Position numbers and translations under genes: made by a program. Below are positions 25,028-33,720 of a DNA stretch of 64,000 bases, in pieces; within the stretch, counting starts at the first letter, position 1; every line of letters begins with the position of its first letter. Source of the stretch: Planctomycetota bacterium (GTDB taxonomy: Bacteria; Planctomycetota; MHYJ01; WSZJ01); contig WSZJ01000007.1 in NCBI GenBank assembly GCA_009773755.1, positions 3,493 to 67,492 of the forward strand, in the 5' to 3' direction. The notes under the pieces were generated by a model. The model was not told the DNA's origin. It ran no database searches and was given only the letters and a program-made list of their open reading frames with translations.

Positions 25028-26557
25028 CTACTTGTGACTCCCCTCCCCGGTCTCGCCGGGCGCGTACGCCTCCGGATGCCTCTCGTACTCGTCGAGGTGA
25101 TCCGGCCCGCAGAAGTACCAGGTCGTTTTCCCCGCCCCCTTGCTGAACATCCCGTTCGACATCACCTTCATGCCGCACACCAGACACTTCTCCGCCGTCG
25201 GCTTCCCCTTCCCCAGATTCTCCAGCAGCGAAAGCCACCGCATGTCCGGCTTGATGTCCTCCCAGTTCGTCCGCGCCATCCGCAGCCGGCACGCCGATTC
25301 CATCGTGATCGCCATCCACGCCGTCCCCGATTCCCGCCCGAACACCCGCGCATGCGGCCCCGCCGCATCCCACGACCCCGCTTCCGGCCCCGACTTCCGC
25401 TGGTTCTCAAACGCGACCGGGACGAACGAAGAGCGCCAGCGGCGCCAGCCGTCGGGATTGAGCGCGGCGTAGGAGCGGAATGCCATTCCTTCCCAGAACC
25501 AGCCGTACTCGTTGGCGATTTCGTCGCAACAGGGCTCGGCGACGGAGCGAAGCGCCTCGGGGACCGCGGACTTCGCGGCCGCGGGGCCCGCGTCGGGGTG
25601 GCGCGACGGCGAGCCGATCGAGTACTGCGTATTCCATCGCGGCGGGTGGGCCTGGAGCTCCGGCCCCGCCGCCTTCATCTGCATCGCGCTCCCGTGCTCG
25701 TGCATGTAGACGAATGCGATCATGCTCTGCGGCGTCGACACCGAACCGCGGAGCCAGTAGGTGCCGTCCTCCGAAGCGCGGTAAGGGACGACTGCGCCGG
25801 TCATCCCGCGCTGGACGTCCTTGATGCGCGCCACGACGTCCTTGAACCAGTCCAGGTCGACGGCGGCTCGCAGCTTCACGCAGTCGAAGGCAACGGCGGC
25901 CAGCAGCGCCAGCTCGTCCATCGTGACCGTGCGCTCATCCAGAAAAGCGAACGCGCCCGCTTTCGCCGCCGCATCCGCCGTGACGAAGTTCACCGCGGCG
26001 ATCGCCGGCGAAATCGCCGCCTCCACCCGCGCGGCCGCTTCGACGCGCGACGAAGCCGAGCCCTCCCCGGCGAACTCGGCGGAAGCGGCGATTTCGAGGA
26101 GCGCGAGGGTTCCCCAGAGGTGGTTCATGCGTGCCAGGTGCGCGAGGCGTTCCGCCCTGCGCCGCTTTTCCAGCGTCCCGCTTTCCTCTCCTGCAGGAGC
26201 TTCGACGAGCGCGCCCGATTTTCCCTGCCGCGCGATCAGCCACCTCCACGCGCGCCGCGTTGCCTCATGGTAGCGCCCGGTCCACGGCGAATTCCCGTCG
26301 CCGAGGAAAGCGAGCAACGCGAGCGCCGTGACCTGCACCTCGGACGCCGCGGCCGCGTCAGGCTCATAGAGCTCCAGGAACCCGTGATCGCGCGAGCCCG
26401 AGGACTTCCAGGACCCGTCGATTTCCTGGTGCCGCGCGAGCCAGGAGAGCGCCGCGTCGACCGAGGAGCGTTCCATGCGGTCGAGGTCAAGCGGCGTCTG
26501 CGCCGCGACCGGAACGGCGATGAACACAAGAATCGGGACCAGCGCGAGCAGACGCAT
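25028..26557 (-). CDS. secreted alpha/alpha-toroid (prenyltransferase/squalene-oxidase-repeat-like) protein with C-terminal YHS domain, copy 1
   Basis: Signal peptide. The repeat signature SVDAALSWLARHQEIDGSWKS is typical of terpenoid-cyclase/prenyltransferase-like repeats. The C-terminal KCLVCGMKV..TTWYFCGPDHLDEYERHPEAY matches a YHS domain. Tail GEGSHK. Confidence 0.65.
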   Translation of the reverse strand: MRLLALVPILVFIAVPVAAQTPLDLDRMERSSVDAALSWLARHQEIDGSWKSSGSRDHGFLELYEPDAAAASEVQVTALALLAFLGDGNSPWTGRYHEATRRAWRWLIARQGKSGALVEAPAGEESGTLEKRRRAERLAHLARMNHLWGTLALLEIAASAEFAGEGSASSRVEAAARVEAAISPAIAAVNFVTADAAAKAGAFAFLDERTVTMDELALLAAVAFDCVKLRAAVDLDWFKDVVARIKDVQRGMTGAVVPYRASEDGTYWLRGSVSTPQSMIAFVYMHEHGSAMQMKAAGPELQAHPPRWNTQYSIGSPSRHPDAGPAAAKSAVPEALRSVAEPCCDEIANEYGWFWEGMAFRSYAALNPDGWRRWRSSFVPVAFENQRKSGPEAGSWDAAGPHARVFGRESGTAWMAITMESACRLRMARTNWEDIKPDMRWLSLLENLGKGKPTAEKCLVCGMKVMSNGMFSKGAGKTTWYFCGPDHLDEYERHPEAYAPGETGEGSHK

Positions 26558-26678
26558 GACGGGATCTCCGCAAAGGAACCGGTCTCCCGCATTGCATAAC
26601 TCATGCCGTCCACAGCGCGCGCTGTTGCGGCGCGAAATAAAAAACGCGAGGCAATCGCCCCGCGTCAGAGAAGCTGTT

Positions 26679-26733
26679 CACTCCCCACTGCCTCCTGCCT
26701 GCTACTCCCTGCTCACGACTCAATACTCCCTAC
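26679..26733. repeat. heptamer-periodic CTCNCTG/CCTGCNN tract (about 8 units)
   Basis: The sequence cactccc cactgcc tcctgcc tgctact ccctgct cacgact caatact ccctact abuts the TAG stop of the upstream paralog. Confidence 0.6.
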
Positions 26734-28331
26734 TTATGGCTCCCCTCGCTCCCCTCCCCATTCGGATCCGGCTTCTTCCCGTCCTTCCACGCCGACGGAT
26801 TCATCTCAAACTGATCCTGGTGCTCCTGCGAGCAGAAATAGTAGATCTTGTCGCCTTCGCCCTTGCTGAAGGGCGTGTTCGACAGGATTCCCATGTCGCA
26901 GACAAGGCACTTCACCGCCAGCACCGGCGCCCCTTCGAGGTTCTCTTTCCGCGCCCGCCACCTCGGATCCTCCTTCAGGTATTTCCAGTCCGACTGCGAA
27001 ATCTGCAGCCTGCACCTGGACTGCATCGTCACCGCCATCCACGCCGTCGCGATCTCACGGCCGAACACCCTCGCGTGCGGCCCCACGGGATCCCAGGACC
27101 CCGCCTCGGGCCCGCTCCGGCGCTGATGCTCGCGCGCCAAGGGCGTAAACGAAGCGCGCCATTTGTCCCACTCGCCGCTGCCGATCGCCGCATACGAGCG
27201 GAACGCCATCCCCTGCCAGAACCACGACGCCTCGTTCGCGATGTCGTCGCGCCACGATCCGGCGACGTCCTTCAGCCCGTCCGGCAGGCTCGCCGGCGCC
27301 GCCTTCATCCCTCCTCCCGCCCCCGCCTCCGGATGACGCGACGGCCGGCCGATTTCGTAGTAGGGATTCCACGCCGGCGGATGAGCCAGTAGCGCCGGCG
27401 ACGCCGCCGCCATCTGCTTCGCGCTCCCGCCGTTGTACGTGTACACGAACGCGATCATGCACTGCGGCGTCGAGATCGAACCGCCGAACCAGTACTCGCC
27501 GTCCTCGGAATACCGGTAAGGCACCAGCGCCTCCGTCATTCCTTCCTGGATCTTCGTGATCGATTCCGTGACCCCTGCGAAAAATTCCTTGTCCCCCGTC
27601 ACCCCCTGCTTCCCGAAGACGTAACGCACCGCAGCCAGAAGCGCGAGCTCGTCCATGTTCACCGTCTTCGGATTCAGGAAGTCGAATTTGTCCGGCTTCG
27701 TCGCGGGGTCGTCCGTAATCCACTTCACCGCCAGCTCCGCCGGCTTCAGCACCTCGTTGTGCCGCTTGAGCTTCGCCTCGTCCCGCACCGGCACCAGCCG
27801 CTCGTCGAATTCCGCCGAACGCACGGCCTCCAGAAGCGCCACCGTGCCCCACAGATGATTCATCCGCGCCATGTGCGCCCTCTTCGCCGCCTTCTCCCGC
27901 TCCGACAGCGACCCGCCCGCAGCCTCCTCCGCCAGCGGAACCATGCACCCCGTCTTCGTCGCCTTCTGCTGCTGCACGAGCCAGTTCCACCCGCGCTTTA
28001 CAGCCTCCTGGTACCGCCCCATCCACAGCGAGTTTCCGTCGCCCATGAACGCGAACAGCGCCGACGCCGTCGCCATCACGTCGCAAGACTTCGCCGCGTC
28101 CGCCTCATACAGCGCTTCAAACCCGTGCCCCGCCCCGCCGCTCGCCTTCCAGCTCCCGTCCGCCTCCTGGTGCCGAGCAAGCCACGCCAGCGCCGAAGCG
28201 ACCGATTCCGTTTCCATCTTCTCCAGCTCCTGGAACGAATACGCCGCAGGAGGCGCCGCGGTGGCGGGTGACCACGTCAATAGCATCCCAGCGGTAAGTA
28301 GCACGGCGGAAAAAGCGACGAAGCGAATCAT
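26730..28331 (-). CDS. secreted alpha/alpha-toroid repeat protein with C-terminal YHS domain, copy 2
   Basis: Colinear paralog of 25028..26557 (SVASALAWLARHQEADGSWKA..MNHLWGT..). C-terminal KCLVCDMGI..KIYYFCSQEHQDQFEMNPSAW. Tail GEGSEGSHK. Confidence 0.65.
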   Translation of the reverse strand: MIRFVAFSAVLLTAGMLLTWSPATAAPPAAYSFQELEKMETESVASALAWLARHQEADGSWKASGGAGHGFEALYEADAAKSCDVMATASALFAFMGDGNSLWMGRYQEAVKRGWNWLVQQQKATKTGCMVPLAEEAAGGSLSEREKAAKRAHMARMNHLWGTVALLEAVRSAEFDERLVPVRDEAKLKRHNEVLKPAELAVKWITDDPATKPDKFDFLNPKTVNMDELALLAAVRYVFGKQGVTGDKEFFAGVTESITKIQEGMTEALVPYRYSEDGEYWFGGSISTPQCMIAFVYTYNGGSAKQMAAASPALLAHPPAWNPYYEIGRPSRHPEAGAGGGMKAAPASLPDGLKDVAGSWRDDIANEASWFWQGMAFRSYAAIGSGEWDKWRASFTPLAREHQRRSGPEAGSWDPVGPHARVFGREIATAWMAVTMQSRCRLQISQSDWKYLKEDPRWRARKENLEGAPVLAVKCLVCDMGILSNTPFSKGEGDKIYYFCSQEHQDQFEMNPSAWKDGKKPDPNGEGSEGSHK

Positions 28332-28578
28332 TCGATTCTCCTCAGCCGGGCTGACGATTCCCTATGCATTACGGCGACCTGCTCAGCCCGGCTGATCCTG
28401 AGCGAGCCCGAAGGGCGAGTCGAAGGACGTTTGCGATGCGCCAGTCTAGAGAGACTCCCGGGCAGGGGCAAGACGGATGCAAGCGGCGTGCCCCCTGGGC
28501 TGAAGCGGAAACGCCGGGTCGGTTGTTACCGGCCCGGCGACTGTTACGCGCTCGAAACGGCCATCTTCTCGATCCGGC

Positions 28579-29388
28579 TCAACGACGCTCAACAGTCATC
28601 GTCTGCTGTTCCTGCTGAACTTCCTTCAGCTCACCGATGAGTTTTTGTATCGCGTCACGCTTGCACCCGATCCGCTTCTCCTGCAGATCTTCTTCCTTCA
28701 CGGGCGCCGGCGGCTCCACATAATCCAGACCCTGATTGAGCCCGCCCTCGAACTTCTGGGGAAGCGGCTCGGGCGTTTCCACGACTTCGATGAGTTTCCC
28801 GAGAACCTCGCCGTAATTCCGCGTCTCGAGGAACTCGACGTTCTTGATCAGCTCGAGAGACTCGCCCACCTGCACCTGAAGATCGATCATCTTTCCCTCT
28901 GCATCCGCCAGGGAAATGCACCGGCCAAACTGCACCGTTTCGGCCGTCAGCGCAACCACAGCGTCCGGCACTTCCCGGTTCGCAAGACCATTCACCCACA
29001 GCCTCTTGCCGGGTTTCGCGATAGCCGCGTCTGTCCGCTCGAGCTCCCCGATGCGCCCGTACGCCCGCTCCAGCTCCGCCTTCGCCGCTTCCAGCTCCGT
29101 CCCCGGTTTCGCCGCCGCCGTCGCCAGCGCCTCCGCGCCCGCGCGCTGCTCCCGCTCGCGCGCCAGGTCGCTTTCCAGCAGCGCCACGCGCCGCTGCATC
29201 GCTTCCATCTCCGCGCCGCGCTCGCGCTGCGCCGTCTCCAGCTCCGCCTCCCGCCCCTCGCGCGCCTCCGATTCCGCCTGCCATCTCATCGCCCATTCGT
29301 TGCTCGACCGCTGAGCGAACCCGAGGGCGCAAAGCGCGGACAGGGCGAGTCCTGCGAGAATTCCGGTGCGGCGGAAGGAGGGAGTCAT
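28579..29388 (-). CDS. membrane/signal-anchored coiled-coil protein
   Basis: N-terminal hydrophobic segment GILAGLALSALCALGFA, about 100 aa of Glu/Arg/Ala-rich heptad-like sequence, then a globular C-terminus. No family recognised. Confidence 0.45.
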   Translation of the reverse strand: MTPSFRRTGILAGLALSALCALGFAQRSSNEWAMRWQAESEAREGREAELETAQRERGAEMEAMQRRVALLESDLAREREQRAGAEALATAAAKPGTELEAAKAELERAYGRIGELERTDAAIAKPGKRLWVNGLANREVPDAVVALTAETVQFGRCISLADAEGKMIDLQVQVGESLELIKNVEFLETRNYGEVLGKLIEVVETPEPLPQKFEGGLNQGLDYVEPPAPVKEEDLQEKRIGCKRDAIQKLIGELKEVQQEQQTMTVERR

Positions 29389-29537
29389 GGGTTATCTCCG
29401 TAGTAGGAATGAAGTGTCCGGAGATAAGACGACGGCCGAGAGCGGAAGTTCAGGGGGGATTTTCGAAAAAGGAGAAAGCGCTGACGATTCGCGGCGGGGA
29501 AGAGGTGACTAAGTGGAGTACACGGGGACCAGGTGCC

Positions 29538-29906
29538 TCATTTGAGCTTTCCCTTCTGGTCGGTTGCTTTCGATGAGGTCCAGTCCCCCTCCTGGATTAC
29601 CTCCTGACGAAATTCCGTGAGTTCGCGACAGGCCGCCCAGCCATCTTCAACTCTATTGACTGCGAGTTTGGAAATGAACTGGCTGCCGCGATAGACGGTG
29701 AGCTCCTGTCCGAGCTTCAACACTTCCGTGTCTGAGACCGTAATCAAGACCAGGTTGACCTTGGCTGCAGTACCAACCACGACCCCGCCAAGTTTTGGGT
29801 CCGCGCAAAAGATATTTGCACGTACCGAAGCTTCTTCCGGGGGAGCGCTGCACCCGGCGACGAGGAGGACCATCGCTCCGAACGGAACAGCCCAGCTCCG
29901 GCCCAT
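29538..29906 (-). CDS. lipoprotein consisting of the shared C-terminal beta-domain of the neighbouring coiled-coil proteins
   Basis: Lipobox LVAGC. KVNLVLITVSDTEVLKLGQELTVYRGSQFISKLAVNRVEDGWAACRELTEFRQEVIQEGD aligns with the C-terminus of 29917..30573. Confidence 0.55.
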   Translation of the reverse strand: MGRSWAVPFGAMVLLVAGCSAPPEEASVRANIFCADPKLGGVVVGTAAKVNLVLITVSDTEVLKLGQELTVYRGSQFISKLAVNRVEDGWAACRELTEFRQEVIQEGDWTSSKATDQKGKLK

Positions 29907-29916
29907 GAGTCCTCCC

Positions 29917-30573
29917 TTAGTCGAACACCCTGGTGGACACCTTATCGCCCTGCTGAATGGCGTCCTTCCTGAAGTCAGTCAGTTCGCGACAAGCCGCCCA
30001 GCCGTCCTCGACCTTCTCGACGACGAGCTTGGAGACGTAAGTATCTCCACGGTAAACCGTGAATTTCCATCCGACCTGGACCTTGTCTTTGGTCCCGACG
30101 GAAATCAGCACCAGGTTGACCTTGTCGGACACTCCCAGCACGACTCCGTCGATTTTGGGTTCCTCGGGAAACAGCGGCGGGATGCGCCCTCGATCGCGCA
30201 ACTCGGCAAGCTGTTGCTCCAGGTCGTTCTTAGCGCGGCTGACGTCGACCAACTGCTTTTCCATTTGCGCCAGGTCCATGTAGGCCTTCTCAAGGCGGTC
30301 GTTCGAAACCAGCAACTCGGCCTGGACGGTATCGCGAACACGCTGCGCGTCCGCGGCGCGCTGCAGCGTGGCGCGCAGGTCTTCCTCACGGGCGCGCGTC
30401 ACGGCAAGGGCCCCTTCCAGCCGCTCCCGATCTGCGTCCGCGGCCTCGCGGGCCTTGATCGCCGCTTCGCGCTCCGCAGACTGCCGCGCGTCGGCCCTGC
30501 GAACGGCTTCGCCCGCGGCCAGCACGCAGAAACAGGCGGCCACGACAAGTGCGAGGATCAGATAGACGCGCAT
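29917..30573 (-). CDS. TM-anchored coiled-coil protein with C-terminal beta-domain (paralog 2)
   Basis: N-terminal TM MRVYLILALVVAACFCVLAA, a coiled coil, and the C-terminal domain IDGVVLGVSDKVNLVLISVGTKDKVQVGWKFTVYRGDTYVSKLVVEKVEDGWAACRELTDFRKDAIQQGD. Confidence 0.6.
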   Translation of the reverse strand: MRVYLILALVVAACFCVLAAGEAVRRADARQSAEREAAIKAREAADADRERLEGALAVTRAREEDLRATLQRAADAQRVRDTVQAELLVSNDRLEKAYMDLAQMEKQLVDVSRAKNDLEQQLAELRDRGRIPPLFPEEPKIDGVVLGVSDKVNLVLISVGTKDKVQVGWKFTVYRGDTYVSKLVVEKVEDGWAACRELTDFRKDAIQQGDKVSTRVFD

Positions 30574-30680
30574 CGCAGGCTTCCGAAGTCGCCCCCTGTT
30601 GGGAATCCTACCCGAATGCTGGTGCGTCCGACCCTGGATTCACGCACGGTCGTTCCTGGTCGCTCGCCGCTGGCCGCTTG

Positions 30681-30715
30681 TCACTCGCAACCCGCAACCC
30701 GCAACTCGCAACTGC
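30681..30715. repeat. tandem heptamer (CNCGCAA)n tract
   Basis: The sequence tcactcgcaa cccgcaa cccgcaa ctcgcaa ctgc belongs to the same family as 13004-13038 and 52846-52880. Confidence 0.8.
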
Positions 30716-30777
30716 ATTTGTCCAAAAAGAAGCCCCCGCCTCATCGGCGGGGGCTCTGGCGTAAGAGAGAGGTCTTT

Positions 30778-30969
30778 TTACTTCGCAGCTTCCGGAGCCG
30801 CGGCCGCTGACTTCGCCGGGGGGCTCATGAGCCCGCCGAACGTGAGGCCGTAGTTCTGGTTGAGCTCCATCATGTTGAACACGACGCCGCCGATCATGAA
30901 GCACGTCGCCACGATGAGCAGGAACGTGTACACGTTGTTGGCGGGTTTCACATCGTCAGGTGTTGCCAT
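30778..30969 (-). CDS. small single-pass membrane protein
   Basis: 63 aa with a central TM (VYTFLLIVATCFMIGGVVFNMM). It is packed between the two coiled-coil paralogs on the same strand. Confidence 0.45.
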   Translation of the reverse strand: MATPDDVKPANNVYTFLLIVATCFMIGGVVFNMMELNQNYGLTFGGLMSPPAKSAAAAPEAAK

Positions 30970-31010
30970 GGTCGGTTTTCCTCTTCGTTGTTTTTAAAGG
31001 GGGCCGACGT

Positions 31011-31787
31011 TTAGTCAAACACCCGGGTCGAGACATTGTCGCCCTGCTGGATCGCATCCTTGCGGAAGTCGGTGAGCTCGCGGCAGCCGACCTGGACCTT
31101 GTCCTTGCCGCCGACCGAGATCAGGATCAGGTTGACCTTGTCCGACACGCCCAGCACCACGCCGTCGATCTTCGGCTCCACCGCGAGGTCGCCGATGTTC
31201 GGCACCCGCTCGCGAAGGTACGCCAGCTGCTGCTCGATGTCGTTCTTGGCGCGGCTCACGTCGACGAGCTGCTTCTCCATCTCCGCGATGTCCTTGTACG
31301 CCTTCTCAAGCCGGTCGTTCGCGGCGAGCAACTCCGCCTGCACCGTGTCGCGAACCCGCTGAGCGTCCTCGCGGAGCTTCTTCTCTTCCGCAAGCTGCTT
31401 GTTCAGGTTCTCGTTCCGGTTCGACAGGTCGTTGTTGTTCGACTGCAGCTTCTGCTGCTCGGCGACGAGCGAAGTGTAGTCGGTGCTGAGCTTGTTGAAC
31501 TTTTCGTTCACGCTCTGCAGCTCCCGCTTCGCCGTCTCCTCGTTTCCCCTGGCCGTCTGCACCTGCTGGTCGCGCGACTGGATCTCGGTCGCCTTGATCC
31601 TCAGGTCCGCTTCCAGCTTCTCCGCATGGTCCTTGTGAGCCTTCTTCTCGACTTCGAGCTCGCCCGTCTTCTTCTCCATCTTGTCCTTGTAGTCGACGCG
31701 GTGCGCGAACAAGGTCGCGCTCACGCCGAGATACACGAGCGAGATGATGAGGACCAGCACCACAAAGACCTTGGTCAACGTGCTCAT
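31011..31787 (-). CDS. TM-anchored coiled-coil protein, C-terminal domain with internal 26-aa gap (paralog 1)
   Basis: N-terminal TM VFVVLVLIISLVYLGVSATLF, then a long Lys/Glu/Asn/Gln-rich coiled coil. The last ~110 aa are near-identical to paralog 2, but the segment WKFTVYRG..EDGWAA is missing. Confidence 0.6.
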   Translation of the reverse strand: MSTLTKVFVVLVLIISLVYLGVSATLFAHRVDYKDKMEKKTGELEVEKKAHKDHAEKLEADLRIKATEIQSRDQQVQTARGNEETAKRELQSVNEKFNKLSTDYTSLVAEQQKLQSNNNDLSNRNENLNKQLAEEKKLREDAQRVRDTVQAELLAANDRLEKAYKDIAEMEKQLVDVSRAKNDIEQQLAYLRERVPNIGDLAVEPKIDGVVLGVSDKVNLILISVGGKDKVQVGCRELTDFRKDAIQQGDNVSTRVFD

Positions 31788-31982
31788 CGAGGCTCCTCTC
31801 TATGAAATTCGGCCCACGGCCCCCCGCCAGAAGGCGCCGGATTTGGGTAGACCCGGGAATTGTAGAAGGGGCAGAAAGCGAGTCAAGGGAAAAGGGAGCG
31901 TAGAGAAGGGATTGTGGGGGAAGGGGTTCGAGGGGGGCTGATTTGGGGAAGTGCGCCCGGGGCATGCCCCGGGCGCACCGCT

Positions 31983-33656
31983 TCAAATATCAGCGTTTGG
32001 TGGAATTCCTTCCGCTGGGGAAGCGGACTTCTCCTTGTCCTTTCGCTGCTGTTTCTTTCGCGGCCCCAGGATCCCCAGCCCCCCGGCCAGCAACAGACAC
32101 AGCTTTCCGACCCAGTCTCCCCACGCCGTGAACAGCGTGTGCGCCGCCCGCCCCTGAACCATCGCCACCGTCGCCCCTTTGACGCTCTTCGTCTTCCCGT
32201 TCACCGCAAACTCCGTGATGCTCCCGTCCGCGCCGATGAACGCGCTGATCCCGGTGTTCGTGCAGCGCGCCATCCCCATTCGATTCTCCACGCACCGGAA
32301 GGCCGTCGCGCACAGGATCTGGTCGAGTTGCTCCGATTCCTTGAACCACCCGTCGTTCGACAGGCACACCAGGAAGTCCGCTTCCTGGTTCGCGTACGCC
32401 CGCGCCTCGTCCGCCCACATGCTGTCGAAACAGATGAGAGGGCCGAAGCGTTTCCCGTCGACTTCCATGACTTCGAGGCGCTCGCCTGCCTCGATGTTGC
32501 CGAATCCCTTGAGGGAGACGATTTTTTCGATGATGTTGATGAGCCAGGGAGCGATTTTCTTGAAGGGCATGAATTCGGCGACGAGGACGAGGTGGCGCTT
32601 GTCGTAGCGGCCCGCGGGCTTTCCGTCGGCGTCGGTCAGCAGGACGGAGTTGTACTCGCGGCCGTCGGCCTCATGGATGATGACGCCGACGAGCATGGCG
32701 CGGTGATATCGCGCGGCCATTTTGCGAAGCGCGGCTTCGTTGTCGGGGTACTTCGGCTGGACGGAGAAGGGGAACATGGTCTCGGCCCAGCAGATGAGGC
32801 GCGCCTGGGGCGCGACCTGTTCGGAGAGTCGCTGGTGCTCGCGCAGCGGGACCATCGGGTCGTAGTTTTCGAAGCGCAGCGCGTCCTTGAGATCCTGCGG
32901 GATGTTTCCCTGGACGAGGCCGACCTGGAGGGCGGGGGCGTTGGGAAGCGACTTGAGCCGCCAGATTCCGTAGCCCGTCATGGCGGCGAGGAGGGCTGCG
33001 ACGGCGCCGAACGCGATGGCGAGGTCTTTTCCCGCCGGGCGGCCGGCGAGGCGGCGCGCGGCGAGGCCTGCGAGGAAGGCGTTGGTGAGCGCCGCGGGCA
33101 GGGCGACGAGCGGGACGCCGCCGAGGTCGGCGCACTGGACGAGGGGCGCATAGGCGTGCTGGGAGTGGCCGAGGAGGAACCACGGGAATCCGCCCATCAG
33201 ATAGGTGCGGAGGAACTCCCAGCCGATGAACATCGCGCCGAGCCCGGCCCAGCCGACGGCGTCGTTCCTGCGCGAGAGCCAGCGGCGCGCGAGCCAGGCG
33301 AAGACGAAGAACTCGAGTCCGAGGATCGCGGCGATGACGACGCCGCCGAGCCCCGAGGTGTACCTCAGCCAGTTCATGCCGATGGAGAAGAACGCGGTCC
33401 AGACGAGAAATGTCATGACGCAGGCGCGGCGGACGCGCGTTTCGACGATCAGGTAGAAAAACCACGGAGCGAGCGCCACGTAGGCGAGCCATCCCTGGTC
33501 CGCCGGGTGGTACGCGAGCCATAGGAGGATCGGCGTGGCGAGCGGAAGCGCCGGCAGCCAGCGCGGCAAGGCCGCGGGCGCAGGAGGGTCGGCGTTATCA
33601 GGAGAAGGGCGATTCAAGGGTTTCCTGTGAAGAGGTGGAATCACCGCCCTGGTCAA
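31983..33656 (-). CDS. lnt: apolipoprotein N-acyltransferase
   Basis: 557 aa with an N-terminal polytopic membrane domain and a C-terminal CN-hydrolase domain (WAETMFPF.., VLVAEFMPFK, ICFDSMW with the catalytic Cys context). Confidence 0.82.
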   Translation of the reverse strand: MTRAVIPPLHRKPLNRPSPDNADPPAPAALPRWLPALPLATPILLWLAYHPADQGWLAYVALAPWFFYLIVETRVRRACVMTFLVWTAFFSIGMNWLRYTSGLGGVVIAAILGLEFFVFAWLARRWLSRRNDAVGWAGLGAMFIGWEFLRTYLMGGFPWFLLGHSQHAYAPLVQCADLGGVPLVALPAALTNAFLAGLAARRLAGRPAGKDLAIAFGAVAALLAAMTGYGIWRLKSLPNAPALQVGLVQGNIPQDLKDALRFENYDPMVPLREHQRLSEQVAPQARLICWAETMFPFSVQPKYPDNEAALRKMAARYHRAMLVGVIIHEADGREYNSVLLTDADGKPAGRYDKRHLVLVAEFMPFKKIAPWLINIIEKIVSLKGFGNIEAGERLEVMEVDGKRFGPLICFDSMWADEARAYANQEADFLVCLSNDGWFKESEQLDQILCATAFRCVENRMGMARCTNTGISAFIGADGSITEFAVNGKTKSVKGATVAMVQGRAAHTLFTAWGDWVGKLCLLLAGGLGILGPRKKQQRKDKEKSASPAEGIPPNADI

Positions 33657-33661
33657 GGCTA

Positions 33662-33703
33662 AATTTATAATTTATAATTTATAATTATAAATTATTAATT
33701 GTC
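33662..33703. repeat. tandem heptamer (AATTTAT)n tract
   Basis: The sequence aatttat aatttat aatttat aattata aattatt aattgtc lies immediately upstream of the lnt start. A small hairpin tcgctt-ctcg-aagcga (33702-33717) sits just after the moeA stop. Confidence 0.85.
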
Positions 33704-33720
33704 GCTTCTCGAAGCGAATC

